Assembly (NCBI GenBank): GCA_963745235.1
Contig: CAVUXE010000044.1
Location: forward strand, 64,001 to 128,000
Direction: 5' to 3'
From: an uncultured Spirochaetota bacterium
Lineage (GTDB): Bacteria > Spirochaetota > Spirochaetia > SZUA-6 > Fen-1364
DNA length: 64,000 nucleotides
The notes beneath the pieces were generated by a model. The model was not told the DNA's origin, made no database searches, and was given only the letters and a program-made list of their open reading frames with translations. Positions 20,954 through 29,761 of the stretch are shown in pieces; within the stretch, counting starts at the first letter, position 1; each line of letters starts with the position of its first letter. The translations under genes and the position numbers were made by a program.

Positions 20954-22099
20954 TTACTGTTTTGCCGTCACGTTGGCCCCGACAATCGAGTCCCAGTTGC
21001 TTGTAATGAAAGCCTTGGCTTCGCCCTGCTCCGCGAGCGTGGGGAAGGCCGCCTTCGCGTAATACGAAGCGGGAGGCAGTTTCGCCGCAATGGCGGCCGG
21101 GATCGCGTTGCGGGCCGCGAGGTCTGCATAGCGGATGGGGTGGCCGTAGCCCTTGAGCCAGATCAGCTGGCCCTCATCCGAGTAGAGGAACTCTTCCCAG
21201 AGCCGGGCAGCGTTGGGGTGCGGGGCGTACGCGCTGATGGCCTGCACGTAGACGCCGGCCACGACGCCGGAGTTGGGGACGATCGCGGCGATGGTGGGGT
21301 TCCCCGCGGCGGTATCCCTGTCCGACAGGGCCAGGTAGTCCCACGTCACGGCCACGGGGGTCTCTCCGGAAGCGACGGTTCCCATCTTGGCAATCAGGGG
21401 AACGAAGTTGCCGGCGGAGTTCAGCTTGGCAAAGAAGTCGACGCCCGGCTTGGCGTTCTCAAAGGTGCCGCCGCTTGCCAGGGCAGCCGCGGCAACCGCC
21501 ATGATTGCCTGGTTGGAAACGCGGGGATCCCCGGTCAGGGCAACCTGCCCCTTGTACGCAGCGCCCAGGAGATCCGGCCAGTCCAGGGGCGGGTTCTTGA
21601 CCACGTCGAGATTCACTTCGAAGGACAGGACGCCGTAGTAGTCTCCGTACCAGTACCCGTCCGCGTCCTTGACGCTGTCAGGGATCGAGGCCCAGCCCCT
21701 CACCTTGTAGGGAGCAAGGAGGCCGGCCTTCTTCGCGTCGGGGCCGAAGGAGAAGCCGACGTCAATGACGTCCGGCGCCTGGGGGCCCGTGTTGCCCATG
21801 TTCGCCTGGATGGCCTGCAGCTCGTCTCCCGATCCGCCGTCCGGGTTGAGCTCATTGACCTTGATTCCATACTTCTTTGCGAAAGTGTCGATTGCCTCTC
21901 CGTAGTTCAGCCAGTTTCGGGGAAGGGCTATGACAGTGAGCTGCCCTTCCTTCCTGGCGGCTTTGACCAGGGTGTCGAAGTTCGCCGGCGCCCGCATGAG
22001 GCCCGGGGCTGCCTTGCCGTTCTGGCTGTCGGCGAAAACGGTCGTTCCGGCCGCGGCCAGGAAAACAGCGACAAGCACGCAAACGATTGGCTTCCTCAT
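20954..22099 (-). CDS. ABC transporter substrate-binding protein (AfuA/PotD/FbpA-like fold)
   Basis: Signal peptide; AARKEGQL, PDVIDVG, APHPNAARLWEEFLYSDEGQ. Confidence 0.85.
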   Translation of the reverse strand: MRKPIVCVLVAVFLAAAGTTVFADSQNGKAAPGLMRAPANFDTLVKAARKEGQLTVIALPRNWLNYGEAIDTFAKKYGIKVNELNPDGGSGDELQAIQANMGNTGPQAPDVIDVGFSFGPDAKKAGLLAPYKVRGWASIPDSVKDADGYWYGDYYGVLSFEVNLDVVKNPPLDWPDLLGAAYKGQVALTGDPRVSNQAIMAVAAAALASGGTFENAKPGVDFFAKLNSAGNFVPLIAKMGTVASGETPVAVTWDYLALSDRDTAAGNPTIAAIVPNSGVVAGVYVQAISAYAPHPNAARLWEEFLYSDEGQLIWLKGYGHPIRYADLAARNAIPAAIAAKLPPASYYAKAAFPTLAEQGEAKAFITSNWDSIVGANVTAKQ

Positions 22100-22164
22100 T
22101 TCCCGCTCCTTTTGACACGTGATTCCCCGGCGGTGACCGGGCAGATCGTATGTACGAGGAGACA

Positions 22165-22202
22165 ATTAATTCCGTGCGAGCGGGGCGTTAAGTTTTGGTT
22201 AA
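22165..22202 (-). promoter_or_regulatory. Pho-box-like 11-bp-periodic direct repeats upstream of the Afu/Pot-like transporter
   Basis: Minus strand TTAAC-N6-TTAAC-N6-CTCGC-N6-TTAAT, then 10 bp to -10-like TACATA. Confidence 0.65.
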
Positions 22203-22238
22203 TTGCTGGCTGCCGTCACCGGCCGGGACAAACCGGCG

Positions 22239-23630
22239 CTACTTCTGGGTCTTTTCCTGGGTGTCCCTGAGCCGGTCCTCGACGACCTTTTTCACCTGCG
22301 CGTCGAACTCCGGATACCGCGCCCGCAGGGCGTCGAAATCCGCCTTGGAGAGCTTGTACACGTCGCAATAGGAAACCGCCCGGATGCTCGCCGTGCGTTT
22401 CTCTCCCTGGAGCAGGGCAGTCTCGCCGAATGGCGAGCCGGCTCCGAGCTGGGCGACCTTCGAATCACCGACGAGCACCTCGACGTCTCCCGAGCTCAGG
22501 AAGTACATGCAGTCCCCGTACTCTCCCTGACGGATGATGTAGTCGTCCGGGAGGAACACGATGGGCCGCAGGAGCTGGACTATCTCCCGGATGAAAATCT
22601 CGTTGGCGCTCCTGAACAACGACACTTTTTCGAGGATGGTGCGGTTGAGGAAGAGAAGGATCTCCATGGAAAGCGTGTGGGGAAGCTCCTCGGTCAACGA
22701 CACGGGAGAGACGCTTTTTTGCGTCTCCCAGAGATAGCCGTAATAGTCGCGCACACGGGACTGGAGCGCTGAAGGCACTCTCTTGGCGCGGAAGAAGTCG
22801 TTGATCTCTTCCATCTTCTCCTGGTAGGCGGCGCGGGCCGTGTCCAGGTTCGCAATGAGGGTCGCGACGTTGCCGATGATGTAGCCGTACATGCCAACCC
22901 CGAAAACCATGACCACGATCGTATAGACGATCTGCAGGTTCGAGTCATGGTTCGGTGTGTAGTCCCCATATCCAATGGTGGCGATGGTCGTGACGCACCA
23001 GTACACGCCTCGCAGGTATTGGTCGAAGTGGGACCTCTGCGACTCGGCGGCGCCAATGAGCACCCAGCCGCACGCCATGAGGTGCACCACGGTCACGAAC
23101 CAGAACGCGAAGGTGACGAGGCGCATGAGGGACGGGTTGACGCTCAGGCTCTGCCGGATGTCGCGGAAGATGGCGCTCACCTTGCTGATCTTCGCCATCT
23201 TCAGGATCTTGGTGAGGACGATGATCCCCAGCACGGCTCCCATGTGCGTCTGCGCCTCGGTGACATGACTGCCGGGAATGATCGAAAACAGCCACGCGAG
23301 GGGGAGCCCCGAGATCACGTCCACGGCGAACCAGCTGCGCAGGTACATCCGCGCAATGCTTCGCCTGTCCGCATGAACGACGAGGCCTTTCTTGACGGCC
23401 TGGTTGAACGTATAGGGAATGTCGAGAAGGTAGACGACCGTGATGACCCAGTAGACGGCGTCGAACTGGAAGTGCTGGAACGTGAGCCGGTAGGAAGTGA
23501 TGATGGTGCCGGCGAGCGCGGACAGGATGAGGAAGGCGTTGTAGAAGACCTTTGCAGGGCCGTCAAAACGGAAAACGGGGATTCCACGGGAAGTTGTCCT
23601 CGGCTCTGCCGATGTTGAGCCTGTTGCCAT
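22239..23630 (-). CDS. Cyclic-nucleotide-gated K+ channel (SthK-like: 6TM, C-linker, CNBD)
   Basis: Selectivity filter TIATIGYGD; C-linker RVRDYYGYLW; CNBD FGETALL..RTASIRA; exact start uncertain. Confidence 0.92.
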   Translation of the reverse strand: MATGSTSAEPRTTSRGIPVFRFDGPAKVFYNAFLILSALAGTIITSYRLTFQHFQFDAVYWVITVVYLLDIPYTFNQAVKKGLVVHADRRSIARMYLRSWFAVDVISGLPLAWLFSIIPGSHVTEAQTHMGAVLGIIVLTKILKMAKISKVSAIFRDIRQSLSVNPSLMRLVTFAFWFVTVVHLMACGWVLIGAAESQRSHFDQYLRGVYWCVTTIATIGYGDYTPNHDSNLQIVYTIVVMVFGVGMYGYIIGNVATLIANLDTARAAYQEKMEEINDFFRAKRVPSALQSRVRDYYGYLWETQKSVSPVSLTEELPHTLSMEILLFLNRTILEKVSLFRSANEIFIREIVQLLRPIVFLPDDYIIRQGEYGDCMYFLSSGDVEVLVGDSKVAQLGAGSPFGETALLQGEKRTASIRAVSYCDVYKLSKADFDALRARYPEFDAQVKKVVEDRLRDTQEKTQK

Positions 23631-23732
23631 CCATCCGTATAGTATAGTGAGGCAGTGCCCTGCTCTCAAGGAAAGTCGGGTCTTTTCTTGACACGATGCG
23701 ACGCGCAGCTACACTGGTCCGGGGGGGAGACG

Positions 23733-24566
23733 ATGCTGCTCGCTGTGTCTGTCGGCAACTCACACATCACCTTCGGGGTTCACGGAGGCTCCGGCTGGGT
23801 GCGGCGGTTTCGGATCCAGACCGTTCACGAGAAGACGCCGGACGAGTACACGGTCGTTTTCCGCGAGCTTCTTGGCTCAGGCGGGATCACGCGGGAGAGC
23901 CTGGGCTCCGCCATTCTTTCCAGCGTCGTGCCTCCTCTCACCACGGCAATCGCTGAGACCATCACGGCAGTCTCCGGCGCCAGCCCCATCTTGCTGACTC
24001 ACGCCATGGACCTGGGGCTGCGTATCACCACGGAGAACCCGGCGGAGGTGGGGGCGGACCTGGTGGCCAACGCGGTGGCAGCCTTCGACAGGTTTCGTGG
24101 CAACTGTATCGTGGTGGACTTCGGCACCGCACTGACGTTCACGGCGGTCGCGGCGCCGCAAGGGAAAAGCGGGGACAGCGGGCCGGGTGAGCTGCGGGGG
24201 GTCGCAATCTCCCCCGGCCTCACCTCAGCCGTGGATGCCCTTGCCCGCAACACCTCGCAGCTGCCGCGCGTTCCCCTTGCGGCCCCTCCGCTGATCGCCG
24301 GGCGCAACACCGTCCAGTCAATCCAGTCGGGCGTGGTGTTCGGCTATGTAAGCCTCGTGGAAGGGCTGATCCGCCGCATGCGCGCGGAGCTGGGCGGATC
24401 CGCGGAGGTCGTCATCACGGGCGGAAGCTCACCGCTCATTGCGCCGCTCATGCAGGAAAAGGCGCTCGTGGAGCCGTGGCTGACCCTCGAGGGGCTGCGG
24501 GTAATAGCCGTACGAAACCCGGGGCCGGCGCGGAGCGGCCTCAATCCTCCAGCATCTCGGAAATGA
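23733..24566 (+). CDS. coaX: Type III pantothenate kinase
   Basis: VGNSHITFG, SSVVP, GADLVAN, VVDFGTALT, NTVQSIQSG, TGG, LTLEGL. Confidence 0.92.
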   Translation: MLLAVSVGNSHITFGVHGGSGWVRRFRIQTVHEKTPDEYTVVFRELLGSGGITRESLGSAILSSVVPPLTTAIAETITAVSGASPILLTHAMDLGLRITTENPAEVGADLVANAVAAFDRFRGNCIVVDFGTALTFTAVAAPQGKSGDSGPGELRGVAISPGLTSAVDALARNTSQLPRVPLAAPPLIAGRNTVQSIQSGVVFGYVSLVEGLIRRMRAELGGSAEVVITGGSSPLIAPLMQEKALVEPWLTLEGLRVIAVRNPGPARSGLNPPASRK

Positions 24567-27018
24567 GATGGTACAGGTGGGCCGCGGACTCCTTGTCCTC
24601 GGGGTGGAGAAGCTCCGCGGGCTCATCCGCAATGCTTTCCAGGCTTGCCAGGGTTTCCTGCCGCGCGGTGAGAAGGCTTTTCTCGGACTTGAACCAGTAG
24701 TTCCCTTTCCAATCCGTGTACAGGGTGAGGAACCCGAGGCGCTTGGATGAGCCTTTCAAAGGGCAGAGGCAGAGCAGCCGCGGAAGGTGGGAGCAGAGCG
24801 TCCGGCCGTCCCGGGCAAACAGGAACGTCTTTCCCGACGGCCAGTCCTCCCACACTCCTTCTTCCGTGTGCAGGTACGGGGCGAGGGAGAGGATGACGGA
24901 GAGCTTCATCCCGTAGAAGATCTCCCTGCCGTCCCACATGATCACTCCGTACATGTTCTTGACGGAAGGAAAGTTTCCCGGGGCCAGCTGCTGAAGCACG
25001 GGGCGAAGCTTCTCCCACTCCATGATCACCATCTTGCGCCCTCCCTTGATCACGCGGAGGGGGAAGGTCTCCTGGCCGATCTTCATCTGGGTGGTGAAAT
25101 CCCTGGCCTTCACCATCTCCTTTTCCCGCGGGATCGGAACGCCCTTCACGAAGGCCTGCGTGAGCAGGGGGGAGATGGCGGAGAGGAGCTGCTTTCGAAG
25201 CGGAGAGACGGAGCGCGCATACATGCGGCTGGTGCGGACAATTTCCCCCGCAACGATATACGGCGGGTTCTCCCGGAACATGAGAGAGCCCGGGTGGATC
25301 TGGATCTTGTCCGCGGTCAGGCTTCGGTAGATTCCCCTCCCCGTCCTCTCGCAGACGAACTGGATCAAGCCGCGCGAGATGGCGCACAGGTAGTCGTCCC
25401 ACGGCCCGCCCGACCCGATGGGGAGGCCGAGCTTGCTGACGATCTCCTGCAGCTGCCCGTCGATGTTGACGATCTCGTTCATGGTGCGCAGCTCCAGGTA
25501 GTGGTTCTCGCAGAAGCGCGCCTTGTTCGCCGCCCGAACGAACGCCTCGTAGATGCGCTGGTAGGAGACGAAATCACCCAACGGGTCGCGGAAGCTGTGG
25601 TGCGCACGCCGGGCCTCCAGCTCTTCCCCCGCGGGGAGAAGGAACGGGGAGTTCACGGAAAGGAAGGTGGCGGCAATGATGACCTCCGCGATCACGGATG
25701 GATACCTCCGAATCGCCTCCACGATCATCCGCGCGTGCTTGGGCAGGATGGGGAAGAGGCACATCATGCGGCCGGTTTCCGTGAGCGCTCGCTCCTCATC
25801 AAGGGCGTCCAGCAGGCGCAGCGTCTCCACGGCCGCCCGGATCCCTTCCTGCCCCGGGGGGGACAGGAAATCGAAGGACTCGAAGTCCCGGATCCCCAGC
25901 TCCGCCATCCGCAGGACCACCTCGGAAAGGTCCGTCCGCTTGATCTCTTCCACCGTGTACATGGGCCGGGAGTCATGGTCCTTTCGGGAATAGAGACGAT
26001 GGCACACTCCCGGCGCCGTCCTGCCCGCCCGGCCGCGGCGCTGGTTGCAGGATGCCTTGGACACGGGCACCTCGATCAGGGATTCGGTGAATGTCCGGGG
26101 GCTGTAGAAGTTCATCTTGGCGAGGCCCGAGTCGATGACGTGCACCACCCCGTCGATGGTGACGCTCGTCTCCGCGATATTCGTCGCGACGATAACCTTC
26201 CGCTTGCCGGGGAAGTCCAGGAACACCCTCGCCTGGTCCTCGCGGGAAAGGCGCGCGTACAGGGGCAGCAGCATGAGCTCCTCCCCGGTGTCCAGCTCCG
26301 ACAGGATCTGCACGCAGTCCTTGATGGCCAGCTCCCCCTGGAGAAAGATGAGGATGTCGCCCTTTGCCCCTTTGCGTATGACCCCGGAGACGATCTCGCG
26401 GATCGACGCGAGGAGGCTCTCGTGATCGCCCTCGATCTCAGGCGGCGCATAGATGAGCTCCACGGGATACATGGGCGCATCGATGCTCACCACGGGACAC
26501 CCGTCGAAATACTCCGAGAACACCTCCACGTTGATGGTCGCGGAGGAAATGATGACGCGGAACTCGGGCCGCTGGGAAATGATCCCCTTCAGCATCCCGA
26601 GAATGAAGTCGATATTGAGGCTCCGCTCGTGCGCCTCGTCCACCATGAGCACGCTGTAGCGGGACAGGGTGCGGTCCCCCTTGAGCTCCTGCAGGAGGAT
26701 GCCGTCCGTCATGATCTTGATCACGGTCCGATCGTCCGTCTTGTCCTCGAAGCGCATGGTGTAGCCGATGGTGTCGGGAATGGTCTTCCCGATCTGCCGG
26801 GCAATGAACTCGGAAACGGACACGGCGGCAATGCGCCGCGGCTGCGTGACCCCCACGATGCCGTGGGAAGCGTAGCCCGCCTCGTGAAGGATGAGCGGGA
26901 TCTGGGTGGTCTTGCCGGAGCCCGTCGGGCTTTCGACGACAATGACCTGGTTGTTCTCCAGCGCGCTGAGAATCTTGTCCCGTTGCTGGTACACGGGCAG
27001 CTGGTAGGGGTCCATCAC
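24541..27018 (-). CDS. hrpA: ATP-dependent DEAH-box RNA helicase (HrpA-like)
   Basis: GSGKTT, QPRRIAA, DEAHERS, SAT, TNIAETSVTIDG, QRRGRAGR; HA2/OB region. Confidence 0.92.
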   Translation of the reverse strand: MMDPYQLPVYQQRDKILSALENNQVIVVESPTGSGKTTQIPLILHEAGYASHGIVGVTQPRRIAAVSVSEFIARQIGKTIPDTIGYTMRFEDKTDDRTVIKIMTDGILLQELKGDRTLSRYSVLMVDEAHERSLNIDFILGMLKGIISQRPEFRVIISSATINVEVFSEYFDGCPVVSIDAPMYPVELIYAPPEIEGDHESLLASIREIVSGVIRKGAKGDILIFLQGELAIKDCVQILSELDTGEELMLLPLYARLSREDQARVFLDFPGKRKVIVATNIAETSVTIDGVVHVIDSGLAKMNFYSPRTFTESLIEVPVSKASCNQRRGRAGRTAPGVCHRLYSRKDHDSRPMYTVEEIKRTDLSEVVLRMAELGIRDFESFDFLSPPGQEGIRAAVETLRLLDALDEERALTETGRMMCLFPILPKHARMIVEAIRRYPSVIAEVIIAATFLSVNSPFLLPAGEELEARRAHHSFRDPLGDFVSYQRIYEAFVRAANKARFCENHYLELRTMNEIVNIDGQLQEIVSKLGLPIGSGGPWDDYLCAISRGLIQFVCERTGRGIYRSLTADKIQIHPGSLMFRENPPYIVAGEIVRTSRMYARSVSPLRKQLLSAISPLLTQAFVKGVPIPREKEMVKARDFTTQMKIGQETFPLRVIKGGRKMVIMEWEKLRPVLQQLAPGNFPSVKNMYGVIMWDGREIFYGMKLSVILSLAPYLHTEEGVWEDWPSGKTFLFARDGRTLCSHLPRLLCLCPLKGSSKRLGFLTLYTDWKGNYWFKSEKSLLTARQETLASLESIADEPAELLHPEDKESAAHLYHLISEMLED

Positions 27019-27162
27019 TGGATGCAACTATAGCGGGAACGCGGGGGCGGGGATAGCGGGAGGCGGGCCGCGCCACCGGAGGTGACCCTGTGCACCGAAT
27101 GAATCTCCCGAGTGCATTTTTGGCTTGTTTTTGGCGCAATTTCGTTCTACAATGATCTGGAG

Positions 27163-27327
27163 ATGGCGAAGAAGCTGCATATCGAGATCACCCCCGCCAA
27201 CTGGGCACGGATGAAGGAGTACGTGGAGCTGTACAACGGGGACCCCGCGAGGGTCACTCCCCGGTTCAAGCCCGCGGATGTGATCAACCAGGCGCTGCAC
27301 GAATACCTCTCGGGCAGAAAGGGATGA
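27163..27327 (+). CDS. Small ribbon-helix-helix-like protein (54 aa)
   Basis: Alternating N-terminal strand KLHIEI, helix, then ADVINQALHEYL helix; paralogous to the next gene; TACAAT -10 upstream. Confidence 0.6.
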   Translation: MAKKLHIEITPANWARMKEYVELYNGDPARVTPRFKPADVINQALHEYLSGRKG

Positions 27328-27539
27328 GTGGAAAGGAGCACTCGCGCACAATCAACGTGGAGATCGCGCCGGGAAACCAGGCACGGATGACGCGGTTCAT
27401 CGAGGCATACAATGCGCGATCGGACCGCAGGACACCGAAGCTGAAGTACACGGACGTCGTGAACGAGGCCCTGGACCGGTTCCTGGATGGGCGCCTTGCG
27501 GCGCTTCGGGAAAAGGTCCGAAGGAGCAGAAAGCGCTAG
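27324..27539 (+). CDS. Small ribbon-helix-helix-like protein, paralog of 27163-27327
   Basis: TINVEIAPGNQARM..YNA..RTPKLKYTDVVNEALDRFL aligns with the upstream gene; ATGA overlap. Confidence 0.6.
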   Translation: MSGKEHSRTINVEIAPGNQARMTRFIEAYNARSDRRTPKLKYTDVVNEALDRFLDGRLAALREKVRRSRKR

Positions 27540-27552
27540 CGAGGAGGTAGTC

Positions 27553-27897
27553 ATGGCGAAGGTGAAGGCAAAGAAGAAGGCCGCGCCCCGCAGGAAGCCG
27601 GCAAAGCCTGCAAAGGCAAAGAAGGCCGCGCGGCCGGTGGTGAAAGCGGTGCCGGGCCCGCGGGGACCGGCCGGCGCTCCCGGAGAGAGGGGTCCGAAGG
27701 GAGAGCAGGGCCTCATGGGTCCGCAGGGACCTCGGGGAGACCGCGGTGAAAGGGGAGAACCGGGCCCCGGGATCCGCTACGAAGGGGGCGGCAGTCCGGG
27801 GTCGAGCTACCTCGTGGTTGGCGCTGACGGCTCCCTCAAGTTCGTGAGACAGGGGACCACGTTCATCGTCCAGCTCGTTCCGACGCCGCAGGGCTGA
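27553..27897 (+). CDS. Collagen-like protein with Lys/Ala-rich N-terminus
   Basis: GGAGG RBS; 13 Gly-X-Y triplets; C-terminal [13 protein letters not shown] domain shared with 30136-30591. Confidence 0.8.
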   Translation: MAKVKAKKKAAPRRKPAKPAKAKKAARPVVKAVPGPRGPAGAPGERGPKGEQGLMGPQGPRGDRGERGEPGPGIRYEGGGSPGSSYLVVGADGSLKFVRQGTTFIVQLVPTPQG

Positions 27898-27909
27898 GAG
27901 GAGATTTTC

Positions 27910-28329
27910 ATGGCAAAAGCACGGATGGCTCAGCAACTGAGCTTCAAGCTGCCGAACAAGGTCGGGCAGCTTTCCGCGGTAGGGGACCTGGTCGGGGCTG
28001 CGGGGGTCAACATCGAAGCAATCCTCGCCATCGAGTCAGGAGCGAACGCGGAGTTCCGCGTGGTGACCAGCAGGAATGCGAAGGCGAAGAAGGCGCTCTC
28101 GACTCTCGGCGTTGAGATCAGTGAGGAAGGCGTCATCTGCGTCCAGGTGGCAAACAAGGCCGGCCGCTTGAGCAAGATCGCGAAGAAGCTCGCGGATGCG
28201 GCGGTGAACGTGAACCGGGCGTGGGGCGCGAGCTTCAAAGGGAAATCCTCCACCCTGGTCCTTCAGACATCGGACGACAAGAAGGCTCTCGCCGCGCTGG
28301 GCAAGGCAGGCTCCAAGAAGAAGAAATAG
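27910..28329 (+). CDS. Tandem ACT-domain protein
   Basis: QLSFKLPNKVGQLS..AGVNIEA and VANKAGRLSKIAKKLADAAVNV: two ACT repeats. Confidence 0.8.
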   Translation: MAKARMAQQLSFKLPNKVGQLSAVGDLVGAAGVNIEAILAIESGANAEFRVVTSRNAKAKKALSTLGVEISEEGVICVQVANKAGRLSKIAKKLADAAVNVNRAWGASFKGKSSTLVLQTSDDKKALAALGKAGSKKKK

Positions 28330-28350
28330 GTTCGGGCTGATCGCGGAAAA

Positions 28351-28393
28351 TTAACGCAAAGCTCGTCCGGAGCTAACAGTGCCTTTGTACCGT
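28351..28393 (+). promoter_or_regulatory. Pho-box-like repeats plus -10 element on the plus strand
   Basis: TTAAC(28351)-N6-CTCGT-N6-CTAAC(28373), then 10 bp to TACCGT. Confidence 0.45.
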
Positions 28394-28395
28394 TT

Positions 28396-28463
28396 GGGGC
28401 GAAAGCTCCCTCAGCTTTTGCCGTACGGGCCCGCCGGAAGCTCTGGCGTGGCCCTTGTTTTTT
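28396..28463 (+). ncRNA. Candidate ~65-nt small RNA
   Basis: GGGGC-GAAA-GCTCC GNRA hairpin, linker, then terminator hairpin; lies just downstream of a Pho-box-like promoter; no credible ORF. Confidence 0.3.
28427..28463 (+). terminator. Rho-independent terminator
   Basis: GGGCCCGCCGGA-AGC-TCTGGCGTGGCCC followed by TTGTTTTTT. Confidence 0.75.
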
Positions 28464-28476
28464 CTGGCGGCTTTTT

Positions 28477-28704
28477 TTACAGGGCGCCGGCGGCAATGGC
28501 CCCAGCGTTCCTGCGCACAAACTCAAGCGCCTCATCCTTCGTGGGGAACAGCTCTCCCCGCGTGATGTAGGAGAACGTCATGAAGCGCTTCAGGGCGCGG
28601 ACCGGACGCCATTGCGCCATCCACGCGGTGCCGCTGATCGCAGGAACCGCGCGGTATTCGATTCCGTGATTCGCGTCAATCAGGATCGCGGTGTGTGCTT
28701 CCAT
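28477..28704 (-). CDS. Hypothetical small protein (75 aa)
   Basis: Compact ORF with natural composition, ending FPTKDEALEFV. Confidence 0.5.
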   Translation of the reverse strand: MEAHTAILIDANHGIEYRAVPAISGTAWMAQWRPVRALKRFMTFSYITRGELFPTKDEALEFVRRNAGAIAAGAL

Positions 28705-28751
28705 ACTCCGATGATCGGCTCACCGGAATGGAAGCAGGAGTCAAAACGGCC

Positions 28752-28961
28752 TCAGGTGCAGCACGCTGCCTTTTCGCTCGAGATGAGACTGGCGTCGCAG
28801 CGGTCGCACCACAGCTCCTCAACCGCCCCCTCCAGCTCTTCCACGGAAAGGTTTTCCTCCGGAGCGCTCTCGGCTCGCTCCGCGTCCGTCGCGCAGTCTG
28901 CGCAAACGATTTCGCTCTCAAGGTAGAATGCGATAACTTCACCATCACGCGTTATCGTCAT
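28752..28961 (-). CDS. Small acidic CxxC...CxxC (Zn-finger-like) protein
   Basis: GGAGG RBS; IVCADC and WCDRCD motifs. Confidence 0.6.
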   Translation of the reverse strand: MTITRDGEVIAFYLESEIVCADCATDAERAESAPEENLSVEELEGAVEELWCDRCDASLISSEKAACCT

Positions 28962-28998
28962 GAGTGCCTCCTGCTGAGGCACAGCATTGTTCCCTTTG

Positions 28999-29036
28999 GT
29001 TAGCTTTTTCTTTGGTTTTGCTTAAATTGCGGTTAA
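28999..29036 (-). promoter_or_regulatory. Pho-box-like repeats
   Basis: Minus strand TTAAC-N6-TTAAG-N6-CAAAG-N6-CTAAC; 33 of 40 nt identical to the element at 31759. Confidence 0.65.
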
Positions 29037-29366
29037 TTTCGTTCCCGGCCCGCGCAGGCGGCGAGCGATTCCGGACCCGGGCGGCTGGACCCGCGGCCTG
29101 ATCGTTTCGACCGTCAGGTAGCCTGTCCCCCCGCACACGTCGCATTCATTCCACCGGGAATCGTCCCGGCTCCACAGCGCCCCCAGGGTCTGGCACGCCG
29201 GGCATTCATTCAGCTCGCGTCTTCCGCCGTTGACGTGCTTGCTGAAGCAGCTCATGTGGTAGATGCGGCCGCCGTCCACGCGAACCACATCGTGCCGGAT
29301 CTCCTCGCCGCAGAGCTCGCACGCGTAGTGGGGCTTCCCCGGAACAAGTACGTTTCTTCGCGACAT
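29022..29366 (-). CDS. Small double Zn-finger protein
   Basis: GGAGG RBS; CELC..YHMSCF (LIM-like) and CPAC..CDVCGGTG (DnaJ-like CxxCxGxG). Confidence 0.65.
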   Translation of the reverse strand: MSRRNVLVPGKPHYACELCGEEIRHDVVRVDGGRIYHMSCFSKHVNGGRRELNECPACQTLGALWSRDDSRWNECDVCGGTGYLTVETIRPRVQPPGSGIARRLRGPGTKLTAI

Positions 29367-29383
29367 GCGCAACCTCCGCTGCG

Positions 29384-29415
29384 AATGTATACACGTCTCG
29401 TGAGGATTCGGTTAA
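29384..29415 (-). promoter_or_regulatory. Two-repeat Pho-box-like site with -10
   Basis: Minus strand TTAAC-N6-CTCAC, then 10 bp to TACATT. Confidence 0.45.
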
Positions 29416-29446
29416 ATGGAATTTTTCAGCAGCAGAGCCGAAGACT

Positions 29447-29689
29447 TCAGACGGCTTCCCGATGCTTGACCTTGTAGCCATCTCCGGCGCGCTCGATGTA
29501 GCCCTTTTGGCGCAGCTCGCCGAGGATCAGGTAGAACCGATCGCTGAAATCGAGGGTGCAGCTATGGAGAAAAGCGCCCAGATGGTGGGACTCGATGACC
29601 CTGTCCGTTCCGAAAGATCGCAGCTCTTCCAGGAGGACTCGCGCCGACCTGCTCAATCGGGGGAAGGAAGTTCCTGGCGTTGCTACCAT
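29447..29689 (-). CDS. Hypothetical small protein, possibly winged-helix-like
   Basis: C-terminal LGELRQKGYIERAGDGYKV resembles a wHTH wing. Confidence 0.5.
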   Translation of the reverse strand: MVATPGTSFPRLSRSARVLLEELRSFGTDRVIESHHLGAFLHSCTLDFSDRFYLILGELRQKGYIERAGDGYKVKHREAV

Positions 29690-29713
29690 CGTCAGGGACT
29701 GTACGCGGTGTCG

Positions 29714-29751
29714 GTTAAGAAGCAACGAAGCTTCGGCGAATTTTCAGTTAA
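29714..29751 (-). promoter_or_regulatory. Pho-box-like repeats
   Basis: Minus strand TTAAC-N6-TTCGC-N6-TTCGT-N6-TTAAC, then 10 bp to TACAGT. Confidence 0.6.
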
Positions 29752-29761
29752 TACAGCGAAC

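Noticed and set aside
24787-27033. Long antisense ORFs (748 aa here; also 20762-22270, 45599-47296, 51472-52989)
   Set aside because: Shadow frames opposite well-supported genes in GC-rich DNA, with no recognisable motifs.
27035-27067. Potential G-quadruplex (five G-tracts) in the hrpA divergent promoter
   Set aside because: Expected by chance at this GC content; no independent support.
27163-27539. Toxin-antitoxin pair
   Set aside because: The two genes are paralogs of each other and neither shows a toxin motif.
28345-28420. c-di-GMP-I riboswitch (ACGCAAAGC...CTAA resemblance)
   Set aside because: The upstream GGCAAAC..GAAA P2 stem is missing and no gene follows on that strand.
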